Source of the DNA: Taibaiella koreensis
GTDB taxonomy: Bacteria > Bacteroidota > Bacteroidia > Chitinophagales > Chitinophagaceae
DNA: 64,000 nucleotides
Direction of reading: 5' to 3'
NCBI RefSeq assembly: GCF_003545715.1
Contig: NZ_QVNU01000001.1
Coordinates: 1,231,962-1,295,961, forward strand
The notes under the pieces are model-generated. The model had not been told where the DNA came from, did not search any database, and saw nothing but the letters and a program-made list of their open reading frames with translations. The position numbers were made by a program, and so were the translations under genes. Below are positions 28,814 to 39,558 of this stretch, piece after piece; within the stretch, counting starts at the first letter, position 1; every line of letters begins with the position of its first letter.

Positions 28814-30580
28814 TTAACGGTCGATCTTGCTGATCTTCTCAAACCGGTCACCGGCTTCGCCATGGTATTTGACAATATAGCTGCCGGCAGGTAACTGCTG
28901 CAGGTCGATTGTGGTTTGTGCATTGGCCGCTTCCGCCGTCAGGCAGGTTCTGCCACTAATGTCAATTATAGTCAGTGTACCGCCCGCCAGGGGTGCTGAT
29001 ACGGTCAGCCGGTTGGTCGCCGGGTTCGGGAAAACCTTAAGCTGCGACTGCGCCTGTTGGTCTGCATATACCGATACTATGGCCGAATATTTTTCCTGTC
29101 CCAGCTTTAACCGGTAATAGTTCATACCGGGTGCGGGTGAGAGATCCCTGTATTCATTGAGGGCGGGACTCCCTTTCTGCTGCACCTGTGCCAGCGGTTG
29201 AAAGCGGCGGCCGTCTATGCTGCGTTCCATGCCGATCCATCCGTTGTCCTCAGCAGCACCTGCATTCCAGGAGATCAGGTTTGCCTGGCCGTCGCGGCCG
29301 GCTTCCAGCATACTAGTGAAAGCCGGAGCGAGGTTATATTCCGCATCAAAGCTGATATTATTTCCGGTACCGCCATTCCAGGTAAATGCAGCCTGCCCGT
29401 ATTGGGGGTCGATAGCTATGCTGGGTGCAGGATCATTGTCTACGGCCACATCGGCATAATTGCTGCTGATCACCTTCCAGGCATCTGCATTCCTGTAGCC
29501 GGCTTTCAGTAAGCGCAATTCCCGGTTATCTTTTTGATAGTAGCTCATGGCAAATTGCTGATGCATAGCATCAAAGGCAATAGCGGGCTTTGCTCCGGCA
29601 GCCATTACGGAGCCTTTCCAATAGGGCGTAAAATGGGAGCGCTCGTTAGTGAACGTTACAATCGCAGCGGCTCCGTCCCGATCGTACTCTGCCAGCAGTA
29701 CAGCAGTGCAGGAGGCCGAATCATTGTCGCCTGTCGTGGATACGGCCAGCACGGGGTTACGTAGCTTCCCGGCCATTTGCGGGTCGGAGGCGCCCATTTG
29801 TACAGGTGCGGTAGTGCCCGAAGTCACACCCGAAGTATTGCGCGCCGTATATACCTTACCCCAGGCTGCTTTGGGCTGCAGGTATTCGTCCCAGGCCATA
29901 AAATAACGCCCTGCCGATGCCCTGTCGCTGCGACCGTAGCTAATGGATACATTACGGAAATAGCCGTTGCTGCTGGTTATCATATGCGGGGTCGTAAAGC
30001 TTTTACCACCATCGGTCGACGTTTGCTGCAGCAGCTGGCGGCTATCGCTTGCAGATTGGGCATACAGTAAGGAAAGGCTTGGTTCGCCGCCGGCTTCGCC
30101 CACCGGTACCGGGCTGGTCGCCAGGTCGCAGGCATAAAAGGTTCCATTAATCGTACGACGTAGCGGTTCGCCGGAAAAAGAGCCCGTGAGGGCGTTGTAG
30201 CGACGTACGAAAAGCGTTTGCGTGAGGTCTCTTTTATCACGGATAATTCCGGCGACAAACACACCGAGCGACTGCTCGTTGTTGCCGCTCACGATTATAG
30301 AAGGGGCATCAAAGGTCAAACCTGCCGTCGAAAGGTTGGTAAAGGGTTGCCAGCTGAGACCACGATCCTTCGAAACGTTGACAATAATGGCTTCGCCCGA
30401 GCGGCAGGCGCTATATATCCAGCCATTAAAGGCAATAGCCATGTCGGTCGCGCTGCAGGTCTGCTGGGTGTTGGCTATGCTTATCTGCCTGTCCAATCCC
30501 AGGCTCTGGCCATAGGCCGCGCCGGTCATCAGGCAGGACAAAACAATGCTGCTGAAGAGTACGTGTTTGTTGGTCATCAC
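28814..30580 (-). CDS. BNR/Asp-box repeat protein (sialidase-like beta-propeller) with a T9SS type-A C-terminal sorting domain
   Basis: Signal peptide, Asp-box motifs (SKDRGLSW, STDGGKSF) and a C-terminal …KVFPNPATNRLTV…G…Y…K CTD. Confidence 0.78.
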   Translation of the reverse strand: MMTNKHVLFSSIVLSCLMTGAAYGQSLGLDRQISIANTQQTCSATDMAIAFNGWIYSACRSGEAIIVNVSKDRGLSWQPFTNLSTAGLTFDAPSIIVSGNNEQSLGVFVAGIIRDKRDLTQTLFVRRYNALTGSFSGEPLRRTINGTFYACDLATSPVPVGEAGGEPSLSLLYAQSASDSRQLLQQTSTDGGKSFTTPHMITSSNGYFRNVSISYGRSDRASAGRYFMAWDEYLQPKAAWGKVYTARNTSGVTSGTTAPVQMGASDPQMAGKLRNPVLAVSTTGDNDSASCTAVLLAEYDRDGAAAIVTFTNERSHFTPYWKGSVMAAGAKPAIAFDAMHQQFAMSYYQKDNRELRLLKAGYRNADAWKVISSNYADVAVDNDPAPSIAIDPQYGQAAFTWNGGTGNNISFDAEYNLAPAFTSMLEAGRDGQANLISWNAGAAEDNGWIGMERSIDGRRFQPLAQVQQKGSPALNEYRDLSPAPGMNYYRLKLGQEKYSAIVSVYADQQAQSQLKVFPNPATNRLTVSAPLAGGTLTIIDISGRTCLTAEAANAQTTIDLQQLPAGSYIVKYHGEAGDRFEKISKIDR

Positions 30581-31004
30581 TAAACGGTTTAAAAGTTACC
30601 AAGGTGGTTCTGACGGGCAAATTAGGATTACGCCCGGTTCCGGTATTATTATGCGAAATAAGTAATTATTATTTTAATGGAAGCAGGGAAAAGCCTGCGT
30701 TTCTGAAAGAAAAGGCTGATAATAAAGAAAATTTATCTATCTAACGAAAGCCATAAATAAATAATATGGTTCGTTTTGATACATTCAAACGCTGTTCCAC
30801 GCTACCTTTGGGTCAAATTTATTCAAGCCGTGAAAACATCACCGGTACCCTCGTTTCTGACTGCCTTTATTTTGTCCCGTTTCAATACTTCCCCTCCTCA
30901 GCCTTAGTACACCGCTCCTATTGGGGCGATGCATCAGCTAAGTTCCGCATGTAATAGCGGAAGAACATCTTTTTTCTTTTTTTATTGTTAACCCGGCTGA
31001 AGCC

Positions 31005-32996
31005 ATGCTGCCCGTTTTTGGCGGCGGCAGGACTATGCCATTTGATCATCTAAATGCCATGATACAGTTCATGAATGAGCATCGCTTGCTCGTAACCCTT
31101 GTTGTCCTTTTTATTTTCTGTTTGTTGCTCCACAAAGTCATTTTGCGCGTACTGCTGGGAATGGTCATCGTACCGGAAGACCGCCTGGGGCTTGTTACCA
31201 AGAAATTTGTGCTCTTTGGTGCGCATCGTGCGCTACCCGATGGCAAGATTATCGCCACCTACGGCGAACCAGGCTTCCAGGCCCGTACCCTGGCCCCGGG
31301 ACTTTACTGGGGTATGTGGATATGGCAATACCACATCGACATGCATCCTTTTACCATTATACCTGAAGGAAAGATAGGTTTGGTGCTGGCTAACGACGGG
31401 CAGGAAATTCCTACCGGATCGATACTGGCCCGTAAGGTCGATAGCGACAACTTCCAGGATGCCGAGAAGTTCCTCAACAATGGCGGTCAGAAGGGCCGGC
31501 AGACGGCTTATATTACCGCCGGTACCTACCGTATCAATACTATGGCTTTTACGGTGACCATAGCCGATATGGTGATCATCCATGAGAACAGGGTGGGAGT
31601 GGTAACCACATTGGATGGGCTCCCCATCAGCAAAGACCAGATCGCTGGTGTCCGGATCGAAGGGCACAATAATTTCCAGGACTTCGACGCCTTCCTGCTA
31701 CAAGGTGGTAACCGTGGCTTGCAGCCGCACATTATTCTGGCGGGGTCTTACAACATCAATCCCTGGGCGGTGCAGATTGAAGAAAGCCTGATGACAGATG
31801 TGCCCATTGGCTATGTAGGCGTCGTGATCTCTTATATCGGGGACGATGGACAGGATGTGACCGGGGAATCGTTCAAGCATGGCAATATCGTGGCCAAAGG
31901 CTATAGGGGTGTATGGCTGGAACCGCTTGGCCCCGGCAAATACCCACTCAATAAATATACCATGAAGCTGGAGCTGGTACCCACCACCAATCTGGTGCTC
32001 AACTGGGCCAACGCCCGCAGCGAGGCGCATGCCCTGGACAAGAACCTTTCTACAATTACCGTGCGCTCCAAAGATGGCTTCCCCTTTAACCTCGACGTAT
32101 CCCAGATCATCCATATCCCGGCCAACGAAGCACCCAAAGTGATCGGCCGCTTCGGTAGCATGACCAACCTGGTAAGCCAGGTGCTGGAGCCCACAATAGG
32201 CAACTACTTTCGTAACTCGGCCCAGGACAGCGATGTGATCAGCTTCCTCAGCACCCGTAAGGAACGCCAGGAAAGCGCCAGGGAGCATATTCGTACCGTG
32301 CTGGAAGAGTATAATGTGAATGCCGTAGATACGCTTATCGGCGATATTACGCCTCCCGAAGCCCTGATGAAGACCCTTACCGACCGTAAGATAGCAGAAG
32401 AAGAGCAAAAGACCTACCAGACACAGCGCATGGCCCAGGAGCAACGGCAGGGTATGGAAAAAGAAACGGCCATTGCCGATATGCAAAAGGAAATCGTAAA
32501 AGCGCAGCAAAGCGTTGAGATATCCCAGCGCACAGCAGATGCTACGGTAAAAAAAGCGGAAGGTGATGCCACCAGCCTCAAGCTGCAGGTAGAAGCGGAA
32601 GCCCAGGCAACAAAAATGCGCGCTATCGCCGAAGCGGAAGCTACGAAAGCCCGTGCCGGGGCGCAGGCTGAAGCCACCAAGCTGAATGCCGTTTCCGATG
32701 CCGAACGGATATCCCGTACCGGCCTGGCCGAAGCGGAAAAGATCATGGCTATCGGTAAAAGCACCGCAGAGGCTTATGAGCTGCAAGTAAAAGCAATGGG
32801 CGGTGATAACTTTACCCGCTATAAAGTGACCGAGGAAATAGGTAAAAGCGGTATCAAAGTGATCCCCGATATGCTGATCACGGGCAACAGCGGCGGCGAA
32901 GGAAGCCTGAGCGGTCTGCTGGGTCTGCAGCTGATGAAAATGATGGGCGCCGATCCTGCGCAGAAGGGCAACGACGAAAACGGCGCAGCCAATTAA
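31005..32996 (+). CDS. flotillin-family (SPFH / band-7) membrane protein
   Basis: N-terminal TM helix, an SPFH domain and a long Ala/Glu-rich coiled-coil (…EAEAQATKMRAIAEAEATKARAGAQAEATK…). The start may be at 31035 or 31059. Confidence 0.82.
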   Translation: MLPVFGGGRTMPFDHLNAMIQFMNEHRLLVTLVVLFIFCLLLHKVILRVLLGMVIVPEDRLGLVTKKFVLFGAHRALPDGKIIATYGEPGFQARTLAPGLYWGMWIWQYHIDMHPFTIIPEGKIGLVLANDGQEIPTGSILARKVDSDNFQDAEKFLNNGGQKGRQTAYITAGTYRINTMAFTVTIADMVIIHENRVGVVTTLDGLPISKDQIAGVRIEGHNNFQDFDAFLLQGGNRGLQPHIILAGSYNINPWAVQIEESLMTDVPIGYVGVVISYIGDDGQDVTGESFKHGNIVAKGYRGVWLEPLGPGKYPLNKYTMKLELVPTTNLVLNWANARSEAHALDKNLSTITVRSKDGFPFNLDVSQIIHIPANEAPKVIGRFGSMTNLVSQVLEPTIGNYFRNSAQDSDVISFLSTRKERQESAREHIRTVLEEYNVNAVDTLIGDITPPEALMKTLTDRKIAEEEQKTYQTQRMAQEQRQGMEKETAIADMQKEIVKAQQSVEISQRTADATVKKAEGDATSLKLQVEAEAQATKMRAIAEAEATKARAGAQAEATKLNAVSDAERISRTGLAEAEKIMAIGKSTAEAYELQVKAMGGDNFTRYKVTEEIGKSGIKVIPDMLITGNSGGEGSLSGLLGLQLMKMMGADPAQKGNDENGAAN

Positions 32997-33028
32997 TACG
33001 ATTAATGCAAGCATAAAGCAAGAGGCCG

Positions 33029-33063
33029 CCGGCTTTGGTACCGGTGGCCTCTTCGCGCATACC
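33029..33063. terminator. hairpin between convergent genes (candidate bidirectional terminator)
   Basis: Stem agaggccgccgg / ccggtggcctct (one G-U) with loop ctttggta. There is no strong T-tract. Confidence 0.4.
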
Positions 33064-33070
33064 CTTGCGG

Positions 33071-33817
33071 TTACCAGGGTGTAATATTCTTTATGGCCTG
33101 GCTCGATGCGACAAGGAGCAGCAGCGTAGCAATGAGTATGAGCAGGGCAGTCTTTTTTTTGACCTCGTCGCTTACGCGGAACAAGATCGCAACATCATCG
33201 CGCCACAGTGTAAGGCAAAGCACGCTGTGCAGCGCGAGCCGCCAGAAATACCCCAGTATGGTCGTGCCGGCTATTGCCGACAGGGACGACAAGAAGTCGG
33301 ATATCCGGAATACTTCGGAGACGACTACAAACAGGCTGGTAGCAAACAACAGGATCCATCCCCATTTCCGTCTTCTATAGAATAGCGCCAGGGTCAGCAC
33401 ATTGGTGGCCAGATCGAGGTAGACGAACAAAGAATAAGGCCATACCCATATGCCCTGCGTAAGATGCCTGTAAATAGAATAGAAGTCATTATAAAGATAC
33501 CAGGCATATTGTAATGCGATGCAGAGCAGCAGGGTCCATTGCCAGCGGGACAATTGCAGCCCCGGCGTTTCAGGTGCAAGAATGTCCGTCAGCAGGTCTG
33601 CTCCCTGTTCGTCTGGTAACGAAGGCGATGGCGCGGTGGGAGTTCCATCCAGCGCGGCAGCGGCCGCAACCTGTTCTTCTTCTGTCACCGTACGCTCCGC
33701 CAATATGGCCTGTGCGGCGTTCAACGCATCGGGTTGATAACGGTCAGGCTGAAGCAGGATCTTCAGCAACTCGGTGTTGTTGTAATTTTTATAAGTCTCC
33801 TTAAAATCGAAAAGCAT
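33071..33817 (-). CDS. hypothetical membrane protein (N-terminal soluble region, C-terminal TM helices)
   Basis: ORF with a hydrophobic C-terminal half. The start is uncertain (33817 or 33847). Confidence 0.5.
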   Translation of the reverse strand: MLFDFKETYKNYNNTELLKILLQPDRYQPDALNAAQAILAERTVTEEEQVAAAAALDGTPTAPSPSLPDEQGADLLTDILAPETPGLQLSRWQWTLLLCIALQYAWYLYNDFYSIYRHLTQGIWVWPYSLFVYLDLATNVLTLALFYRRRKWGWILLFATSLFVVVSEVFRISDFLSSLSAIAGTTILGYFWRLALHSVLCLTLWRDDVAILFRVSDEVKKKTALLILIATLLLLVASSQAIKNITPW

Positions 33818-33918
33818 ACTGATCGGGGGCATCAGGGATGGTGGCATTTACCCGGTCCAAATGTAGCAAAAACCAGGAAATCTGTTGAAGGCCTGAAGGG
33901 CTGCTGGTGTTCCGGTGA

Positions 33919-34956
33919 TCAGCCGGCGGCTACAATGGCAGGCGCCGGCAGTTGTTGGCGGTACGACGTAGGCGTATGGCCCGTCCAGCGCCGGAAAGCC
34001 CTCACAAAAGCACTTTGCTCGTTATAGCCCAGGATGCTGGCAATATCCTTCACCTGGTAATCTTCTTGCTGCAGGTAATGCGTGGCAAGCGTCTTGCGTA
34101 CCGACTCCACGATCTGCAGATAGGTTATGCCCTCTTCCTTCAACTTACGTTGCAGGTTGCGGGGACTGATATGGAAATTGGCAGCTACGGTTTCCTGCGA
34201 GAGGGCATAGCAATAGGAATTGGTCAGAAGATAATTGTAAATACGGGTATGCAGGAGCGGTCGCTCGTCAACGTTGCGGGCAAGTTGCTGGACCTGCTGC
34301 AGCAGATATCTTTGTAAGCCCCGGTTGGCAGTGAGCACAGGCTCGTCTCCTACGCTGCCGGGCAGGCTGATACGGAATATATGCTCTTTGCGCCTGACCG
34401 GGCAGCGGAATGCCCTGACGTATTCGGGCATGCTTGCCGTCTCACAGGGAAGCGTTACTTCCAGAGGTGTTATGCGATGAAGTGTCAACCCGTTCAGCTC
34501 ATGCAGGGTAAATGCCAGCAGGTAGTCCGATAGCTGCCGGAAGGTATGGGGATAGGCTGCCGACTGTACCGGATCGTATAGCAAATGCAGGTCCAGTTGT
34601 TGCTCCTCATGATTGATCTGCATCTGGAACATACCGGTAACAAGGTGAAGCAGCGCGCCGGCATGGCCCAGCGCCTCGCCTGCAGTACTGCTGCTTTGCA
34701 GTATCTGTCCCATTACACCCAGCGCCGCCAGCTGCATCGATTCTCCGAAATGAAGTCCGAAAAAAGGATCGTGGGTTTCCAGCGTGGCCTGCTGCCATAG
34801 CGCTTCCATCTGCCGGTCGTCCGGGGCGGGGGTGCCGGGCAATGGCAATACGTGATAGGCTATCCCGGCCCTCTGGCAGAGTGCCTGCGGCGACAAACCG
34901 CGTTGGGCTGTATAAGCCAGTAACGATAAGGCGAACTGTTTGCGGAAATCTTCCAT
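33919..34956 (-). CDS. AraC-family transcriptional regulator
   Basis: C-terminal HTH_18 signature (…AFVRAFRRWTGHTPTSYRQQ). Confidence 0.85.
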   Translation of the reverse strand: MEDFRKQFALSLLAYTAQRGLSPQALCQRAGIAYHVLPLPGTPAPDDRQMEALWQQATLETHDPFFGLHFGESMQLAALGVMGQILQSSSTAGEALGHAGALLHLVTGMFQMQINHEEQQLDLHLLYDPVQSAAYPHTFRQLSDYLLAFTLHELNGLTLHRITPLEVTLPCETASMPEYVRAFRCPVRRKEHIFRISLPGSVGDEPVLTANRGLQRYLLQQVQQLARNVDERPLLHTRIYNYLLTNSYCYALSQETVAANFHISPRNLQRKLKEEGITYLQIVESVRKTLATHYLQQEDYQVKDIASILGYNEQSAFVRAFRRWTGHTPTSYRQQLPAPAIVAAG

Positions 34957-35124
34957 CGGTTATTGGTCGCATAAAGATAGCGCAGGAGCGGCAACCGCCA
35001 ATCATTTTGCCGTTAAAACGGAACTAAATGGCCGAAAAGACAAGGCTTTGACCGCCATCGCAGATAAATACGGGTTTTTTGAAATGCCGTCTTGCACTAG
35101 CTTTGTTGTCTAAACCAATGCGAC

Positions 35125-35397
35125 ATGAAGGAGGAAAAAAGAGCACCGGGACCCGACGATTTTGTCCGCTATAAGGGTTATACCTTTACACAGGCGCAAT
35201 ATGAACGGTACCGCGAGGCCGGTGATGTGGACGAAACGCAGGTTCAGTACTTTGATCCGCACGAAGCTATCGATAAGGCCCGGGCAATGATACAGGAACG
35301 GGCGCGACAAGATGCCGGGCTGGGCGACTTGCTGAAGCGGCTGTTTGCCTTCGAAGATAAAGTGATCGATTACTACCGCCTCAGGCATTTAAAGTAA
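35125..35397 (+). CDS. hypothetical small protein (90 aa)
   Basis: ORF only. It is charged and helical-looking. Confidence 0.4.
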   Translation: MKEEKRAPGPDDFVRYKGYTFTQAQYERYREAGDVDETQVQYFDPHEAIDKARAMIQERARQDAGLGDLLKRLFAFEDKVIDYYRLRHLK

Positions 35398-35460
35398 CCG
35401 TTATTATATGGCCGAAACAAAAATCAGGCCGTGTTGTTATTTCATCTAAATCAAACCAAA

Positions 35461-36225
35461 ATGAAGATTAAAGCACTACTGCTCTCGGCAATATTAATGG
35501 CTTCGGCTCTATGCGGACAAGCGCAATTGCAGCCGGTCGCCTATCGCGACGGCACGCAACAGCTGAACGGGTTCCTGGCCCGGCCCGGTAAGCCGCAAGC
35601 CGTCAAAGCAGGGATCCTGATCCTGCCGGCCTGGATGGGCATCGACCAGCACAGTAAGGCAGTAGCGGAGCAGCTGGCAGGTATGGGCTATTATGCTTTC
35701 GTAGCCGACATCTATGGCGAAGGACATTACCCCCAGACCCCCAAAGAGGCGGGGACGCAATCGGCCTATTACAAGCAGCATGTGGCCGAATACCAGCAAC
35801 GCATCCGGTTGGCCCTGGAACAGCTGCGGCAGGCGGGTGCTGCAGAAGTGGTGGTGATCGGCTACTGCTTTGGTGGCGCAGGCGCACTGGAAGCTGCGAG
35901 GGTCAACCTCCCGGTAAAAGGCATCGTCTCTTTCCACGGTGCTTACGGCAGGGATCCTGCACGTAAGATAGAACCTATCCGGGCAAAGGTGCTCATCTTA
36001 CATGGCGCCGATGATCCCTACAGCTCGGCAGAGGATATCCGGAATTTACAGGATGAGTTGCGCAAGGCTAAAGCCGATTGGCAAATGGTTTATTATTCCG
36101 GCGCTGTACATGCCTTTACCGATCCCGGCGCCGGCAACGACAATAGCAAAGGCGCGGCATACAATAAGCAAGCCGACCAACGGTCCTGGCAGGCGATGCT
36201 GCAATTCCTGAAGGAAACACTCTGA
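35461..36225 (+). CDS. dienelactone hydrolase family protein (secreted alpha/beta hydrolase)
   Basis: Signal peptide MKIKALLLSAILMASALCGQA, a DLH-like nucleophile region (…IGYCFGG…) and a …HGADDP… motif. Confidence 0.82.
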   Translation: MKIKALLLSAILMASALCGQAQLQPVAYRDGTQQLNGFLARPGKPQAVKAGILILPAWMGIDQHSKAVAEQLAGMGYYAFVADIYGEGHYPQTPKEAGTQSAYYKQHVAEYQQRIRLALEQLRQAGAAEVVVIGYCFGGAGALEAARVNLPVKGIVSFHGAYGRDPARKIEPIRAKVLILHGADDPYSSAEDIRNLQDELRKAKADWQMVYYSGAVHAFTDPGAGNDNSKGAAYNKQADQRSWQAMLQFLKETL

Positions 36226-36351
36226 CCCGGCAGAAAGGCGCTGTAATTGGAAAGCAAAATCGCTGCATTGGTAGCCATTTTGGGTTCGTTGGTCGAAAAG
36301 AATTGGTACGGAGGGAGGTTCCACTTTTCTTTGTGGCATAATAACGATCAA

Positions 36352-37785
36352 ATGAAAAAGAACCTAATCCCTGTTGTGCTGTACCGTTGGGGCAAGATAA
36401 GCTTCTTGTCGGCCGTCCTGGCGCTTTGCAGTCTTAACCTGCGGGCGCAAAAAGCGCTGCTGCCCCAAATCGATAGCCTGTTCACCGCTTTACAGGCAGA
36501 TCAACGTTTTAACGGCAATGTACTGATCGCGGAAAACGGGAAGCCGGTATTTGAGAAGAGTTATGGCTACGAGAATTTTGACACCAGGCAGCCGCTTACC
36601 CATGCTTCGGTTTTTGAGCTGGCTTCCTGCTCCAAGCAATTCACGGCCTTTGCCATTGCCCTCCTGCAACATCAGAAAAAGCTTTCGTACAATGATGATA
36701 TCACCCGATTTCTCCCGGAGCTGAGCGCCTATAAGGGTATTACTGTCGGCAACCTTGTGCACCATACTTCCGGCCTTCCGGATTATATGGCGCTGTTCGA
36801 TTCGCTTTGGGATAAAAGCAAAATAGCCTCAAATGCTGACCTGGTAAAGCTTTTGGCGCAGCATCATCCTGCAGTGCTGTTTGCACCGGGGGCCAAATTT
36901 GAATATAGCAATACCGGTTACGCCTTACTGGCCTCCATTATTGAGAAAGCATCGGGGAAGAGCTATGGGGCTTACCTGCAGCAGTATATTTTCAAGCCGC
37001 TGAAAATGGAGCATTCCCTGGTCTATAACCGGCGCTACCGTCCGCAAAAGATAGCGCATTACGCTTATGACTTTATCTATCAGCCGGAGCAGGAAAAATA
37101 TGTCCTGATCGACAGCATCCCTGAAATGAATATGGTCTATTGGCTGGATGGTATTTCGGGCGATGGTACGGTCAATACCACAGCCCGCGACCTGCTACTC
37201 TGGGACCAGGCATTGTACACCGACAAGCTGTTGCCCTCGGCAGAGCGTGCCGTGTTGTTTACACCCGGAAAGCTCAAAGACGGTACGGCTACGGACTATG
37301 CCTTTGGCTGGATGATACAGGAGCATCCTGAGGCGGGAAAGCTGGCTCTGCATACCGGCGGCTGGGGCGGTTACTGTACTTTTATTGAAAGAGAACTGGA
37401 CAGAAATAAAACCGTTATTATTCTTCAAAATATCGACAAGGGCGCTATACCCGGCAAATCGGTCCGCAGCCTGCTGTATGGTAAGCCGCTTGCACCGGCC
37501 GCTGTACGAAAAGAAATCGCCGTTGACGAAAAGGTACTGGATCAGTACACCGGCGAATATGAGCTGGAGCCCGGCTTCAGCCTCGTGGTTACGCAGGAAG
37601 GTAATCAGCTGTACACCCAGGCGACCGGGCAGAGCAAAGTGAAGGTGTATCCCGAATCGGAGCGTAAATTTTTTCTGAAAGTAATAGATGCCCAGCTGGA
37701 GTTTGTGAAAGATGATTCCGGTAAAGTAACACATGCAGTGCTCTACCAGGGTGGCGCTGCCATGAATGCAAAGAAGATCAAATAG
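36352..37785 (+). CDS. serine hydrolase of the beta-lactamase / penicillin-binding protein fold (class C-like)
   Basis: Signal peptide, an SxxK motif (ASCSKQFTA), YxN (YSNTGY) and a C-terminal extension. The start is at MKKNLIPVV. Confidence 0.82.
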   Translation: MKKNLIPVVLYRWGKISFLSAVLALCSLNLRAQKALLPQIDSLFTALQADQRFNGNVLIAENGKPVFEKSYGYENFDTRQPLTHASVFELASCSKQFTAFAIALLQHQKKLSYNDDITRFLPELSAYKGITVGNLVHHTSGLPDYMALFDSLWDKSKIASNADLVKLLAQHHPAVLFAPGAKFEYSNTGYALLASIIEKASGKSYGAYLQQYIFKPLKMEHSLVYNRRYRPQKIAHYAYDFIYQPEQEKYVLIDSIPEMNMVYWLDGISGDGTVNTTARDLLLWDQALYTDKLLPSAERAVLFTPGKLKDGTATDYAFGWMIQEHPEAGKLALHTGGWGGYCTFIERELDRNKTVIILQNIDKGAIPGKSVRSLLYGKPLAPAAVRKEIAVDEKVLDQYTGEYELEPGFSLVVTQEGNQLYTQATGQSKVKVYPESERKFFLKVIDAQLEFVKDDSGKVTHAVLYQGGAAMNAKKIK

Positions 37786-37800
37786 CATCAGCTCATATAA

Positions 37801-37842
37801 TAAAGCGACGCCGGCACACCAATCCCGGCGTCGCTTTATTAT
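37801..37842 (+). terminator. rho-independent terminator
   Basis: 14 bp perfect stem (taaagcgacgccgg / ccggcgtcgcttta) followed by TTAT, 16 bp after the stop. Confidence 0.65.
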
Positions 37843-37920
37843 GCGATAAAAAGGGAGGTAACATTTAATTAAGGGCTGGAAAGCAATTCTTTCGTTCCTT
37901 TGCCGTTCGTTCCCTTTGAG

Positions 37921-39129
37921 ATGCGATTTCCCCTGATAGCCGGTACCATTGTCCTTATCATCCTGCAATATGCGGGTATAGCCGCTGCGCAAACGGTCGT
38001 TACTCAGCCAGCCGGAAACATACCGCAGGCAAGCGATACCGTTGCCTATGTACGGTACCTGAATCAAGTGAGCGCGACGTTACTGCAGCAGGGAGAAACC
38101 GAACAGGCGGCGCAATATGCCACACAGGCTTTGGCTATGGCCCAGGCTTCAGGCGATGAAGAAGGCGCTTCCTTATCCCTGGCGACCATAGGCGACAGCT
38201 ATGCCGCAAAGGGAAATTCGGGAAAAGCGCTTTCCAACTTTATCCGTTCCCTTAAAATAAAGAACAGCCAACGGAACCATAAGCTGGCAGGGCAGCTGTA
38301 TCGCGGCATGGCCGTCGCTTTTGCCCGTATGAAGCAGTACCCATTGGCGCTCAAGTATTTTCACAAATCGGCGCAGCAACAGGAACGACAGCAGGATACT
38401 TCCTTCGCTTCCTCGGGCGGGCCAGCCCCGGATTCGTTGTGGACCAATGCTACCCGCGATTTTGAGCTATATGATGACCTGCTCGATGTTACTGCCGATG
38501 GGCGCCTGGTAGTCGATAAGGATACGATCATGATAGCCGATGGCGACCGGCACGCTGGCGCCATGACGCTGAGTGAGATCACGGCGCCTTTTGATGATGG
38601 CAAAAAAGCGATCGCTTATGGCATCCTGCTGCACTTTAAGCAACCTGTTGCCGGCACACGGAAGGCCTTTACCGGCATCAATACCGTGGGGCATATGTTC
38701 ATTACGCTGACCAAGTTCAATGCCGATTCCGGCTATGTATCCCGTACATTCGGCTTTTATCCCGATAAAGACTACCTGTTGTCGGCGACGCCACTAATGC
38801 CCGGATCAACGGCGGTGTTTAAAGACGATGCCGGCCGCGATTGGGATGAGCTGATGGCCAAATTTGTGAGCAAGCGGAAATTTAACCGTATCCTGCGTAT
38901 GGTTATGCGTTACAGCCGCAGGCGATACCATCTCAACAAGAATAACTGCACCGATTTCGGTCTTGTGATCGCAGGTATCGCCGGCATACGGATCAAAGAT
39001 ACCAGGGGCAGCTGGCCACTGGGTAGCGGCAACAACCCGGGCGACGCAGGCCAAAGTGTGCAGGAAGGGAAAGTCGAGCAGCTCGACAGTGAACAGCTGT
39101 TTATTTACCCGGCACCGCCCACGCATTGA
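37921..39129 (+). CDS. hypothetical protein with an N-terminal signal/TM segment and a TPR-like region
   Basis: ORF with an N-terminal hydrophobic segment and a helical repeat-like N-terminal third. Confidence 0.55.
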   Translation: MRFPLIAGTIVLIILQYAGIAAAQTVVTQPAGNIPQASDTVAYVRYLNQVSATLLQQGETEQAAQYATQALAMAQASGDEEGASLSLATIGDSYAAKGNSGKALSNFIRSLKIKNSQRNHKLAGQLYRGMAVAFARMKQYPLALKYFHKSAQQQERQQDTSFASSGGPAPDSLWTNATRDFELYDDLLDVTADGRLVVDKDTIMIADGDRHAGAMTLSEITAPFDDGKKAIAYGILLHFKQPVAGTRKAFTGINTVGHMFITLTKFNADSGYVSRTFGFYPDKDYLLSATPLMPGSTAVFKDDAGRDWDELMAKFVSKRKFNRILRMVMRYSRRRYHLNKNNCTDFGLVIAGIAGIRIKDTRGSWPLGSGNNPGDAGQSVQEGKVEQLDSEQLFIYPAPPTH

Positions 39130-39186
39130 ACCCAAGGCGGTAAATTGTTGTTATAAGAACAGAATTTCATCTTCAATCTTACGGCT

Positions 39187-39468
39187 ATGAAAAGGATCGT
39201 TCTGTTGCTCGGACTCATGTGGATAAGCGTTGCTTCGATGGCGCAAACGGGAAAAGATACTGCCCGGAACCTTAAGTATGAGCCGGCATCGCCCTTGCTG
39301 GGACCGGATTCAGGCGCTTATAACAACCAGATCTACCGTAATAGCATCAAAAACGCTGAATATCAGAACCGCGGGGCCGAAGACCGCAGAAATCCCAACT
39401 CGGCCGATCCCAATGCCCAGCCCAATAAGCAGGTTCCCGCCAAGCCCGGCAATGCCAGGGAAAAATAA
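39187..39468 (+). CDS. small secreted hypothetical protein (93 aa, signal peptide)
   Basis: MKRIVLLLGLMWISVASMAQ signal peptide. The mature part is polar and low-complexity. Confidence 0.5.
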   Translation: MKRIVLLLGLMWISVASMAQTGKDTARNLKYEPASPLLGPDSGAYNNQIYRNSIKNAEYQNRGAEDRRNPNSADPNAQPNKQVPAKPGNAREK

Positions 39469-39558
39469 GGATAGGACAGAAAACTTTTCATTACGCATTT
39501 CCGTACATACCTTTGCAGACCAAAATTTGATATTATGAATATATTGAGCGATACAACC

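Noticed and set aside
30766-30954. 62-aa ORF in the 424-bp divergent intergenic region upstream of the flotillin gene
   Set aside because: It is short, with no conserved features. The region is more plausibly promoter or UTR, and I could not identify a structured-RNA signature by eye.
31698-33014. 438-aa minus-strand ORF
   Set aside because: It is antisense to the flotillin gene's Ala/Glu-rich coiled-coil region. The translation is low-complexity Gly/Phe/His-rich with no recognisable domain, and flotillin is clearly the real gene.
37195-38067. 290-aa minus-strand ORF
   Set aside because: It overlaps the 3' third of the serine hydrolase gene and the start of the next gene, and it has no recognisable features.
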